Origin: Azolla caroliniana
Taxonomy: Eukaryota; Plantae; Polypodiophyta
Direction: 5' to 3'
Length of the DNA: 64,000 bases
Assembly: GCA_043228905.1 (NCBI GenBank)
Contig: JBHGNT010000002.1
Location: 18,042,001-18,106,000 of the forward strand
This document shows, piece after piece, positions 35,473-48,113 of the stretch. Both the position numbers and the translations under genes were made by a program. The first letter of the stretch is position 1; each line of letters opens with the position of its first letter. The notes below the pieces were generated by a model. It made no database searches. It was given only the letters and a program-made list of their open reading frames with translations, and was not told where the DNA came from.

Positions 35473-38400
35473 TGTTGGGATTACGGTCCCTTCAGATGGG
35501 ATGGTCGGATGTCGGAGATGAAGGCCGACAAGCCCGGTTGCGGTTTCGGAACCGGATGATGAAGACCCCGGCTTCGGAGCCGGATGACGAATGTACCCAG
35601 AGAGAGATCCGGATGCGGGGACATATCTGTGAATATGTTTGCCAAGGGCCCTTGAGGCTATAGTTGTAAATAGCCCCAAAGTCATATGTGTATAAATATG
35701 ACTTAGGGCAAACAGTTTTAATGTTGCTACTCATTTTTCTGTTTTTCCACTTAAGAGGAGTGAAGAGAGAGCAGCCGTGAGAGAGATAGAGCGTGAGAGA
35801 GGAAGAGGTCGACGCCTCTGTGTATTTCCGCCGCCTGTGGCGAGGACAGCGAGCTCAAGGTCGTCGCCTTGCAGCTCGCCATTGTATACTTCTCTGTGCA
35901 TAGTTTTGGTTCGGAGTCTTGTACTCCCGTGGTTTTTCCCGTACAGGGTTTTCCACGTTAAATCGTGTGTCCACTTATTTACTTCTGCATTTTCCCATTT
36001 TCTGCAACAACGATTCGTGTGTTTCCTTGGTTGTGGCCGAGAGGTGAAGTTTGGAAAGTGTCGATTGTTTCCATCAATTTGGTATCAGAGCGAGCTGCTG
36101 CAGAAAATGAAGGCGGCAGCAGCGGGCAGCCGGGGATGATGGTGCTGAATGCGCAGAATTACGCCGACTGGAAGATCAAGATGGAGGATCTTCTGATTGT
36201 TCGGGACCTGTACGAACCGATTGACAGGTCGGAAATACCGAAGGGGGTACTTGAGTCGGAATGGAGGCTTCTGAACCGGAAAGCCGTTGCAACCATTCGG
36301 CAATACGTCGACGTGAGCGTTCTACAACATGTGGCGAACGACATCAACGCATATGAGATGTGGCGGAAGCTGTCGGGCCTCTACGAGAGGAAGAATGCGT
36401 TGAACCGGACCTCCCTGATGAGGAAGATAGTGAACCTCAAGTACCGGGACGGCGAGAGTATGGTGGAACACGTAAGCACGTTCATGGGATTCGTGAACCA
36501 GCTTGCGGCGATCAAGTTCCCGCTGGAGGATGCAATGCAAGCCATCATTCTGATGTGTACATTGCCGGAAAGCTGGGAGAACTTGGTGGTGACTCTCAGC
36601 ACCTCCTACACCGAAGATAACTTGTCCCTACAAACGGTGAAGACAAGTATTTTGAACGAAGAAGCGCGTCGGAGAGATAAAGAACCGGCCTCCGACTCGA
36701 AGGCGCTGCTTACCGAATCGGAACGGGGAAGACAATGGAACCGGAGTCCGCAAAGACGGGAGAAGTCGGGGACCCGGTCGCAGTCAAGAGGAAGACCCAC
36801 ATGCTTCCACTGTGGGAAGCCGGGGCACTTCCGAAAGAATTGTCGGCATTACCGAAAAGACAACGGAGCCGACGACACCGATTCGAAGAAGTCACCGGAG
36901 AGAAACGGTGCATACCGGAACGGAACGGTGCTTACCGGGGAGCCACGGACCGGAATGGTTCGGATCGGCGAGGGCAGGACTGGAAAGGAACGACGGCACT
37001 CGCGGCAAGTGAAGAGGAGATCATGCTCATCACCAAAGAAGGTGAACTAAACATTGCCGACGATGAGACTACCTGGGTGGTCGATTCCGGAGCGTCGTTC
37101 CACCTGACCCCGGAAAGAAGATACTTCTCATCCTACACAGCCGGCGAGCATGGCTGTGTTCGGATGGGAAATGAAGGTACGTGCCGGATTGCCGGCATAG
37201 GAGACGTGTGGTTGACAACCCCGACCGGATGCAAAATGCTGCTGAAGGATGTCCGACACGTTCCGGAGGTTCGATTGAACCTGATTTCGGCCGGGAGGCT
37301 AGACGATGAAGGCTACACAGGTAGCATCCGGAACGGCGTAATGAAGTTCAGCAAGGGGAGCCTGATAGTGGCTCGGGCCCGGAAAGTCAACACACTGTAC
37401 CTTATGAATGCCTAGTTGTGTCCGGAAGAGTTGAACGTGGCAGCCGACACTGCCGGTGAGCTGTGGCACAAGAGACTGTGCCACATGAGTGAGAAGGGGA
37501 TGAAGAGGCTTGCAGAAGACAACCTTATTCGAGTGAAGCATGTGCACCTGGAGAAGTGCACCGATTGCCTGGCCGGTAAGCAGAACCGAACCTCCTTCCA
37601 TTCAAGGCCACCGACGAGACGTAGCGCACCATTGGAGTTGGTGCACACTAATGTGTGTGAGGTAGAAACGAAGTCACATGGCGGAGCCCAGTACTTCGTA
37701 ACATTCATTGATGATCACAGCCGGAAGCTGTGGACGGCACCGTTGAAGACAAAGGACCAAGTGTTGTGCGTCTTCAAAGAACTCCACGCGAGAGTGGAAA
37801 GGGAATCCGGCAAGAAGCTGAAAGCGATACGAGCGGATAACGGAGGGGAATACCGGGGGCAGTTCGCGGAGTACTGTCGCTCGAAGGGAATCCGGCTCGA
37901 GTTTACTGTGCCGAAGACGCCGGAACTGAACGGGCTGGCCGAGAGGATGAACCGGACCATAATGGAGAGGGTCCGGAGTATGCTGGCGCATGCGAAATTA
38001 CCCAAGGGATTTTGGGCTGAGGCAATGTCGACAGCGACATACGTGATAAACAGATCACCCTCAGTACCTTTGGACGGAGACACGCCGCAGAGAGTGTGGA
38101 CCGGCAGGGAAGTATCCTACCGGCATCTGAAGGTGTTCGGGTGTCTCGCATATGTGCATGTGGCTAAGGACCAGAGAGGAAAGCTAGATCCAAAGACCCG
38201 GCCATGCATATTCCTCGGTTACGGCGATGACGAGTTCGGCTACCGAGTATGGGACCCGGTCGACAAGAAGATATTCCGGAGTCATGATATCATCTTCATG
38301 GAGAACAAGACACTCGCCGACTGGGAGTCGGAGAAGAAGATGAAGAGCTCCAAGTCGACCGGTGAGGATCAACTCTACGAGGAGCAGTCTTGACCGGCAA

Positions 38401-40813
38401 GGGACCGGTTAGCACTCGAGGATCCGGCCGAAGACGGTGAAGAAACAGAACCGGCCGAAGAAGATGAAAATGATACCGGAACCGACCCCGATCCCGAAAT
38501 GGATTCGGATGAAGAAGAATCGGAAGAACCGGTTACCGAAGCTCCGGAACGGAGATATCCTCTAAGAGAGAGAAGGGCCCCCCGGAGATTTCCGGAACCA
38601 GAGCACGTGCTGCTAACCGACGAGGGGGAGCCGGAGAGCTTTGAATAAGCAAAGCATGACACCCAGAGCCGCAGGTGGTTGAGTGCCATGCAGGACGAGA
38701 TGGATTCCCTGCATGAGAACCACACATATGAACTTGTGAAGTTGCCGAAAGGAAAGCGGGCACTTCGAAACAAGTGGGTGTTCAAGCTGAAACCGGGAGA
38801 TGCCGGAAACCCCCCGAGATACAAAGCCAGGATCGTGGTGAAGGGGTTTCAGCAGAAGAAGGGCGTCGACTTCGACGAGATATTTGCCCCGGTAGTGAAG
38901 ATGACCTCCATCCGGACGGTGCTGAGCATAGCGGCAAGCATGGACCTCGAGGTAGAACAGATGGACGTGAAGACGGCATTCCTTCACGGCGACCTCGAAG
39001 AAGAGATCTACATGCAGCAACCGGAAGGATTCGAGAAGAAAGGGAAGGAGCACCTGGTATGCCGGTTGAAGAAGAGCCTTTACGGACTGAAGCAGGCTCC
39101 CCGGCAATGGTACCTGAAGTTCGACTCTTTCATGACCGACGAAGGGTACCTCAAAACGCAGTCCGACCACTGCGTGTTTGTGAAGAAGTTCGAAGGAGGA
39201 GACTTTCTAATACTCCTCCTGTACGTGGACGACATGTTGATCGTCGGACGAGACCAGGTCAAGATACGGATGCTGAAGAAGGCTCTTCACCGAACCTTCT
39301 CAATGAAGGACCTGGGTCCGGCAAGGCAAATACTAGGGATGCACATCATCCGGGACCGGAAGAAGAAGCAGTTGTGGCTGTCACAGGAGAAGTACGTGAC
39401 CAAGGTGCTTCACCGGTTCAACATGTCGGAAGCAAGACCGGTCGGGTCAACACTCCCGGCAAACTGCAAGCTGTCCAGCAAGCAGAGCCCCAAGACAAAG
39501 GCTGAGAAGGAGGACATGATGAAAGTACCATATGCCTCTGCCGTCGGGAGCTTGATGTACGCAATGGTGTGTACCCGACCGGACATAGGATATGCAGTCG
39601 GAGTGGTGAGCCGGTACATGAGCAATCCCGGCAAAGAGCATTGGAACGCGGCCAAGTGGATACTCCGATACCTGAAGGGCACGGCAAACGTGTGCCTCCG
39701 ATTCAGCTCCGGTAAGCCCGAACTCGACGGCTTCACCGATTCGGATATGTCGGCTGATGCAGATACCAGCCGGTCCACATCAGGGTATGTGATGACGTAT
39801 GCAGGGGGAGCTGTTTCATGGCAGTCGAGGCTGCAGAAGACGGTTGCGTTGTCAACCACGGAGGCGGAGTACATGGCGGCTGTTGAAGCCGGCAAGGAAA
39901 TAATATGGATGAAGGACTTCATTAGAGAGCTCGGTATCCGGCAGGAGGAGTACCGACTCTACTGCGACAGTCAGAGTGCAATCCACCTTGCGAAGAACGC
40001 GGCCTATCACTCCCGGACGAAGCACATCCAGCGAAGATATCACTGGATCCGGGAAAGGATAGAAGACAAGGAGTTCGTGCTGACGAAGGTCCACACGGAC
40101 GAGAACGGGTCGGATATGCTGACCAAGGTGCTCACACCTGACAAGCTGGAAGCATGCTGGAAGAGGATCGGATTGGAGAGACATCCCATGTCGAAGTGAA
40201 GGGGGAGTTTGTTGGGATTACGGTCCCTTCAGATGGGATGGTCGGATGTCGGAGATGAAGGCCGACAAGCCCGGTTGCGGTTTCGGAACCGGATGATGAA
40301 GACCCCGGCTTCGGAGCCGGATGACGAATGTACCCAGAGAGAGATCCGGATGCGGGGACATATCTGTGAATATGTTTGCCAAGGGCCCTTGAGGCTATAG
40401 TTGTAAATAGCCCCAAAGTCATATGTGTATAAATATGACTTAGGGCAAACAGTTTTAATGTTGCTACTCATTTTTCTGTTTTTCCACTTAAGAGGAGTGA
40501 AGAGAGAGCAGCCGTGAGAGAGATAGAGCGTGAGAGAGGAAGAGGTCGACGCCTCTGTGTATTTCCGCCGCCTGTGGCGAGGACAGCGAGCTCAAGGTCG
40601 TCGCCTTGCAGCTCGCCATTGTATACTTCTCTGTGCATAGTTTTGGTTCGGAGTCTTGTACTCCCGTGGTTTTTCCCGTACAGGGTTTTCCACGTTAAAT
40701 CGTGTGTCCACTTATTTACTTCTGCATTTTCCCATTTTCTGCAACAACGATTCGTGTGTTTCCTTGGTTGTGGCCGAGAGGTGAAGTTTGGAAAGTGTCG
40801 ATTGTTTCCATCA
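35473..40813 (+). mobile_element. Copia-D: Tnt1/Tork-like Ty1/copia element with identical LTRs
   Basis: 604-bp LTRs at 35473-36076 and 40210-40813 with no differences seen; TSD CTAAC; PBS TGGTATCAGAGC at 36080-36091; PPT GAAGGGGGAG. Confidence 0.97.
36136..40199 (+). pseudogene. Copia-D gag-pol, disrupted by a frameshift (~36900) and stops at 37413, 38391 and 38646
   Basis: CFHCGKPGHFRKNC, WVVDSGASFH, LWHKRLCH, IRADNGGEY, YKARIVVKG, LYVDD, KVPYASAVGSLMY, LYCDSQSAI. Confidence 0.95.
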
Positions 40814-41304
40814 CTAACACATCTAAAATATAAATGTTATAAATTTTAGATATACAAAAGTTTATCCTCACGCATATATTCTAGAAGAAAAAGCAACTCA
40901 TGCACATCTAGTGTGCATGAACACTTCAATTAAAAGAAAGTGCATGAGGCTTGCCATACATAGCCTCTCCCATCATTATATAAGTAGGGATGCAAAATGT
41001 AATTGGGGGTTGTTGAAATTTTGGGGTTGCTTCTTAGGAAAATTATTTGGGTTTCTAAATAGTAATAGAGGAAAGTTGAAAGCAATTTTGTGGGTTCGTC
41101 ATGCAAGGCACTATCCCACGGGTGTGCCATGTGTTACCCTTAGAAACGAGAAGATGACGTGGAGCAAGGCCGAAACCGCTATAGCCGGCTAGAGTGTGAA
41201 AGGAGCTGAAGTAGCTTCAAACGAGCCGAATCAAATAGATCGGCTAGGGTTCTGAAGCCAATAAAGACGATATATTATTGTAATTAAATTATTAAAAGTA
41301 ACGG

Positions 41305-43707
41305 TGTCATGTGGTTTTTCACACACGATATGAAAATTATGTAAAAAAATAATGAAATAATTATTTTAGATTAGATTAGTAGCTTGTTATAGAAATATGG
41401 ATGTACTCAAGGGCTTCAAAACACATTTTACTACATACAAAATAGACAACTACATATCAAGTTAGGTGGACATGAAACTTGAGGAGAGAGGGAAAATAGA
41501 ATTTTGAAGTATCCCACATAGATAGGAAACTTAAGGCCTTGGCTATATAAGCACATTGAGATCCCTCATTTTTCATTTGTGCTAAGAGCACTTTGGCCAC
41601 TTTGTCTAGATGGATGAATGTGGCCAAGTTCCCAAAAACTGACTGACAATAAAATGGAACCGACCGGTAAGCAATCTGGAACCGGTTGGTAACCAAACCG
41701 GAACCGGCGGGGATGCTATTCGGAATCGGCCGATAAGCAAACCGGAACCCTAATTTTCCCTATGGAAGCCATATCTTTCAAAACCCCTAATTTTTCTTTT
41801 CTATTAATCTTCGTAAACCTAAAACTTCTGAATCCCAATCTTGGGACATATTGTAATTTCTTTTCCTTTGTTAATGAAAATTATTAAATTTCTCATTTCC
41901 ATTAATTCTTAAAGTATAAACGCATGAATCTGATATCCTTTGGTCCTGCCTCAAGTTCACGTATCCTCGTCGTATTTTCGCGACATCTTTGGTGAACCCA
42001 ACGTGAAACGAGGCGGCAGGAGGATATCTCATGGAGGCATATAGATACAAAGAGCCGAAGAGATGCAAACTATACAAGTTCGACCAATGGGTATCATCAT
42101 TAAAGACCCACCAAAGTGCCATGCATGCTTTCGTTGAGTTCGAGTGTCGCTTTGCACAACTCTCGGAGCGGGATCAAAGATTGGTGGGGGTGAATGTCGT
42201 GTGAATCTTCTCACACTATGTAAAAAAATAAATAATAAAATAAGTACTTTATATTAGCTTAATGGCATGTTATAGAAAGATGGATGTTTGAGAAGATAGG
42301 GAAAATAAAACTATGATTTATCCCACATAGATAGGAAACTTAAGGTTTTGGCTATATAAGCACATTGAGATCCATCATTTTTCATTTGTGTTAAGAACAC
42401 TTTGGCCACTTTGTTTAGATGGATGAATGTGGCCAAGTTCCCAAAAACCAACTGGCAATAAAATGGAACCGGTCGGTAAGCAAAATCCGGAACCGACCGG
42501 TAAGCAATCCGGAACCGGCCTGTAAGCAAAACCGAAAACCGGTCGGCAAGCAATCCAAAACCGGTCGGTAAGCAATTCGGAACTGGCCGGTAAATTGGCA
42601 ATTGATGGTGTCGGAAACCAAGCGGATCCGACAACCGGTGACGATCGAGACGAACAGATGATAGGATCATGTGGCTAATTAAAGTGAAGTAAAGAAAACT
42701 AAAGGAAAGGTCATGTGGACGGTCGCATGCAACTAAAAGAAAAAGGCATGCAACTAAAAGAAAAAGCTATGCAACTAAAAGTAGAGGACATGCAACAAAA
42801 AGTGGACATGTAAAGTAACATGGAAGGCTATGATCAAGGGAGAACTCCATATATATTCCATTTTTTTTCTTACACTCATCCTCTCTCCATTAATTATTTT
42901 CTTTTCCTTCTTAGCTCTCTTATCTTATCGAAGCCATATCTCTCATAAACCCTAATTTCTTTATGGAAGCCAAAAACCCTAAATTTCTATTGAATCCATA
43001 TTTAGTTTCTTCTAATCTATTATTCTAGTAATCTCCATAAGCTAAACTTTAGTAATCCCAATCTTGGGATTGATTGTAATTTTTCTTTTCTATTTATTAA
43101 TGAAATTTGTCAATCTTTCTCATTTTCCATTAATTGTTTAATATAAACATACGAATTTGATATCTTCCGGTTAGAGACCTCAGAGTCTTGCCTCAAAGTT
43201 CACGTATCCTCGTCATATTTTTGCGACATCTTTGGTGAACTCGGCTTCCGTAAGGAAATTAGGATTTACTTGAGAGATAGCTTCCTTCCCGTATGGAGAA
43301 ATTTGAATTATGAGTGATCGATCCCTCATAATTCCAATTTCTCCATATGGGAAGGAAGTTATCTCTCAAGTAAACCCTAATTTCCTTACGGAAACCATCG
43401 ATCACTGATAATTCCAATTTCTCCATACGGGAAGGAAGCTATCTCTCAAGTAAACCATAATTTTCCTTAGGGAAGCCATAGCTTTCAAAACCCCTAATTT
43501 TTCTTTTCTATTAAACTTAGCAAACCTAAAATTTTGAATCCCAATCTTGGGACATATTGTAATTTCTTTTCCTTTGCTAATGAAAAATTATTAAAATTTC
43601 TTATTTTTATTAATTGTTTAATATAAACATACGAATCTGATATGCTCTGGTCGGAGGCCCCAGGGTCCTGCCTCAAGTTCATGTATCCTCGTCGTATTTT
43701 CGCGACA
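41305..43707 (+). mobile_element. Non-autonomous TRIM-like tandem derivative of the tRNA-Trp gypsy lineage
   Basis: LTR 41305-41985; PBS TGGTGAACCCAACGTGAA at 41990-42007; ~190-bp gag remnant; PPT GGTGGGGGTGAA; LTR 42195-43228; partial PBS at 43233; palindrome; LTR 3' part ending GCGACA at 43707. Flanks ACGG/ACGT; the uninterrupted site is visible in the duplicate at ~44221. Confidence 0.75.
43243..43478. repeat. ~77-bp-arm near-perfect palindrome followed by a third, direct copy
   Basis: 43243-43319 is the reverse complement of 43320-43396 (centre GATC|GATC); 43397-43478 repeats arm 2. Confidence 0.9.
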
Positions 43708-46700
43708 ACGTTTTAGATTAGATCTGAATTGTTATACCTTTTAATGTAGGGACATGATCAAGAAAGATGTGCCAATCAGATCCAACGTTGTATCATCCCA
43801 TGCTTACTTATAAAAAGGGGCATGAATATTGTACAAATTTGTTTGTAGATGAAGCATAAATTTGTTTGTTTCTATTGCCATACTTGCCTCTCTCATCATT
43901 ATATAAGAAGAGAAGCAAAATGTAATTGGGGGTTGTTGAAATTTTGGGGTTGCTTCTTAGGAAAATTATTTGGGTTTCTAAATAGTAATAGAGGAAAGTT
44001 GAAAGCAATTTTGTGGGTTCGTCATGCAAGGCACTGTCCCACGGGTGTGCCATGTGTTACCCTTAGAAATGGGAAGATGGCATGGAGCAAGGCCGAAACC
44101 GCTATAGCCGGCTAGAGTGTGAAAGGAGCCGAAGTAGCTTCAAATGAGCCGAATCAGATAGATCGGCTAGGGGTTTGAAGCCAATAAAGTCGATATATTA
44201 TTGTAATTAAATTATTAAAAGTAATGTTTTAGATTAGATCTGAATTGTTATGTCTTTTAGTGTAGGGACATGATCAAGAAAGATGTGCCAATAAGATCTA
44301 GCGTTGTATCGTCCCATGCTTACCTATAAAAAGATGCATGAATATTGTATAAATTTGTTTGTAGATGAAGCGTAATAGATATATGAGTTTTGTGTGTACA
44401 TTACCTTGTTCTTATTAATCTTTGTCTATTAATTGCAAAACAATCCTTGGATTATTGTGTGATTATTAATCGATCGATGTTGTAGCCGATTCGGATTGTC
44501 TGTGTATTAGCCGATTTAGACTGTGTGTGTATCAGTCAAATTCTGTTATGATTCTCTAGCCAAATTGTTATATTTAATCCGACTAACATCAATTGTCAAT
44601 TGCGGTCAGTTTATTATTCCCACCCCTCCTACCACAATCTTTGGTGAAGGGTGCTTGGGGATTGAGTATCCGACCCGTGTTTCCTAGAGATTAGGAACAA
44701 GCTCGGTTGATGGATTTAATATACGACACTTTATCATGGGGTTGATCAAACATGCAATAAATTATTCCAGGATTTTATTCCCTTGTGGCATTTTTGGCCA
44801 ATTAGTCCAAAATATTTCATATGAGTAATAACTGGCTACATTAGCTATTATACATTGTTATAGTTAAATAACTAATTAGTTTTAGTTAAACAATGGAAAC
44901 ACTTGTCATTACGTGCGGTCAAGTTCACTTTATGTTTGCACTACATAGATTTATAACAGTAGATATTCAAAGAAATGTGCTTTTGGGTGCATAAACATTA
45001 TTCAATATTTTGGGAAACATAATCTATTTTCAAACTAGTAACGGAAGCAAAATAAATAGAAAAATGTTTGTTAATTTTATCTCTTTTTCATATTGTTGTT
45101 TATGGTTAGGCTGGTTAAAGTTCTTGAATCGACGACGCCCAACTAAACTTTATTTAATATTTTCTCTATCTTTAAACAATAAACAAAATGAAATAAATAA
45201 AAAATATATTCAACATTAATATGCTTGCTTATTTCTTCTTTTCTTTTTTGCCAATGCTTGCAAAAGTTCTTGCTTTGAGGAAGCCTCACCAAAATTGTTT
45301 GGGTACTTTTGTAATGAAACACTCGTTTTATATTTTCAAATTGATAAAGAAAATATAATATATTATTAATCATTTATCATTATTATTATTATAAGAATAA
45401 TTTTGGTTAGGCTCCTTGAGATTTTTGCTTCCCCAAAGTTTGGGATTCATCACAGTTGTATGTCAAAGAATCATTCAAGTTCTAAGAAATTAGCTAGTGT
45501 GGTAGCCACCAACAGTAGCATCCCTTGTTAGCCATCTTGCTCGATACCCCTAGCACCATCACAAGTAGTTGTATACTTAGTTAAGGGAGACTTTTTGGGG
45601 TTTTAAGCAAGTGTAGCCCCCAAAAAATATGGAAAAAACAAAAAATGAAGGGAAAAAATGAAACTCAAAATACGATAAATTAGTGAGGAAAAATGTAAAT
45701 GAAATAAAAAATAAAAAAATACCACACCAACCAAACTAATTTTCTTGTCTAAGGACCTCTTTCATTAGTGGTGGTCTATATTCCGAAAGAGCTTACAAAA
45801 ATCTAATTAAACTTGCTGGTACCCACCAAATTCTTGGTAATGATGCCAAATGATATGTAAAATAGTGGTTCCTACCTACTTGGGGTACAATAAGAACATG
45901 CCTCATCAATGCTTAACACCCTAGAGTTAACAAGACAAGTAATAGGTATGTTAATCACTCTCAAGCTAGCAATTAGACTAAACTAGTTCATTTGGCAAAC
46001 TGTTCTTTTACACTCACACACCATTGTCTTAATAATTAGTTAAAGTTACTTTTACAATATTTAAACCGAAAATTTCAAGTCAAATCGATTTATTGCTCAA
46101 ATAAGGAGAAGGCAAAAAATCTATATCATCACATCGCTTATAACACTCTTTAATTCAGTAATGAAGGCCAACCATGCCCAGGACAAGAAGAATTAGCTCA
46201 AAAACTTAAGCTAGAAATACATAATTCAAGCTCTTAGGTTAAGGTGTGGGTCAAAGCTTCATGACAAAGAGACGCTAAATTCTTTAATTCAATATGGAAA
46301 AGTGAAGGAAACGCTCAAAAGATAAACAAAGTGATATTTATAGCCTTTTACACTATTTGGTCCCTTTTCAAATTTGGTGCCCACAAGATCTTTGCCTCTT
46401 GCTTTATATCTCTTCTCCCCCTTTCGTACCAATATTGTTGATCTAATGTAATCAGAAAGGCATGGAAAATGAATTGTATGAAATGTATTTAACAATCATG
46501 CACCAATAAATGAGTTAATAGGATATGTGGATGACTAATCCGCACACTCTACTACGATATAAAGAATTAAAACATAACTCTACTGAGGATCGAGTAGATA
46601 TGTCTGCACATTATGTTTATGTGTAGGTGAGAGATAGAAAAAGCACAACTTCTCTAAAACAATATGTATTCACAAAATGGGGGATGATTATGTAATAATA

Positions 46701-47049
46701 AAGAACGAAACAATTGTATAACTTGACTAATAATGAATGCATATTAATTTATATACCAAATGTAAATAAATGATAGTTAACAATAGATAGAAGGGTGAAA
46801 GCATGTGAGTGAACAATTAGCTATGTCCTTGACATCGCTAATTAGCTATGCAAAAAGCTACCATTGAAAATTGTACAAAGTTTTAATTTTATAAATTAGC
46901 ACCATAAATGTGCAACATAAATTGAAATGTGCACCATAAATTATATACCGAATTCCTAGGTCCATTATGCATGTTCCTTTGCCACATCACGTGAACAATC
47001 TCTAGTTGAGGATTCTGGCTTAGATTACTATCATTGTTGCTAAACCCTA

Positions 47050-47980
47050 TTGAGTCCACTCCTCCATTGCCGCCATTCTACACTCAGTTACCGTCACTGT
47101 GCAGTCCAAGCATCATTTACCATTGTTCGATCAGACGGAGTTCACTCCTCCATTTCCACCATTCTTCACTCAGTTGCCACCATTGTTCAGTCCAAGCATC
47201 ACCTACCAAGTTCACTCCTCCATTGCCGCCACTCTATAATTAGTTGATGCTGATGTGAAGGTCGTATATTGCTGCCACTTTTCGATCCAACGGAGTTAAC
47301 TCCTTCTCCACTATCGCCATTCTAGTCTCAGTTTTCGTCACTGTGCATTCCAAGCATCATCTTCCACTGTTCGATCTGACGAAGTTCACTCCTCCATTGC
47401 CATCATTCTACACTCAATTGCCGCTACTGTTCGGTCTTGGATTGCTACCAATTTTCGATTTGACGGAGTTCACTCATCCATTGCCATCATTCTACACCTA
47501 GTTGCCGCTACTGTTCTGTCATATATTGCTGCAACTTCGATCTGATAGAGTTCACTACTCTATTGCCATCATTCTACACTCAGTTGTCGTTATTGTTCGG
47601 TCTTGGATTGCTGCCACTTTTCAATTTGACGGAGTTCACTTGTCCATTACCATCATTCTACACCTAGTTGCCACTACTATTCAGTCGTGTATTGCTGCCA
47701 CTTTTCGATCTGAGGGAGTTCACTTCTTCTCCAGTACTACCATTCTACTCTCAATTGTCATCACTATGCGTTCCAAGCATCATTTGCCACTATTTGATCC
47801 GATGGAATTCACTCCTCCATTGCCATCATTCTACACTCAATTGCTACCATTGTTCGGTTCTGGATTGCCAACATTGTTCTATCAAACGGAATTCACTCCT
47901 CCATTGCCGCCATTCTACACTCAGTTGCCGCCACATTGTGGCCCTAGATTACCGCCATTGTTTGGTCTTAGATTGCAATA
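47050..47980 (+). repeat. Minisatellite, ~70-90-bp unit, about 10-11 copies
   Basis: Recurrent GACGGAGTTCACTCCTCCATTGCCGCCATTCTACACTCAGTTGCC core. Confidence 0.9.
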
Positions 47981-48113
47981 ACTATTCTATCTATTGATTT
48001 ATCTTGTGTATTGTTGTGTATAATCTTGTGTATTGCGGAATATTTTTATGTATTGTTGTTGCCCATAGCCATCTTAAATACGTGTCCTTTTTTGGGAAAA
48101 TTAGGGTTTAAAT

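Larger units (their letters stand above)
40945..44352 (+). repeat. ~500-bp tandem duplication within an old LTR; copy 1 is split by the TRIM-like insertion
   Basis: 40945-41304 plus 43708-43856 matches 43875-44352; near-identical ORFs 40911-41192 and 43849-44115. Confidence 0.85.
32700..44728 (+). mobile_element. 3' half of a decayed gypsy related to the tRNA-Trp element (RNase H-integrase, PPT, 3' LTR with nested insertions)
   Basis: IIVTVDTNPTRIGWVIN, KYLVLAQEDLMNQVEG, ALWVDRSTHSSVTGY closely match ORF 20115-23498; PPT GGAGGGGGTGAG; LTR starts TGTCA at 35310 and probably ends ...TACGACA at 44728. Confidence 0.75.

Noticed and set aside
44729-46792. AT-rich stretch as a possible host gene or promoter; TAACTAATTAG motif near 44870
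   Set aside because: No convincing ORF, splice pattern, TIR or TSD found; at most a decayed remnant.
47034-47997. Pro/His-rich ORFs (extensin-like)
   Set aside because: Translations of a minisatellite, with frames broken between units.
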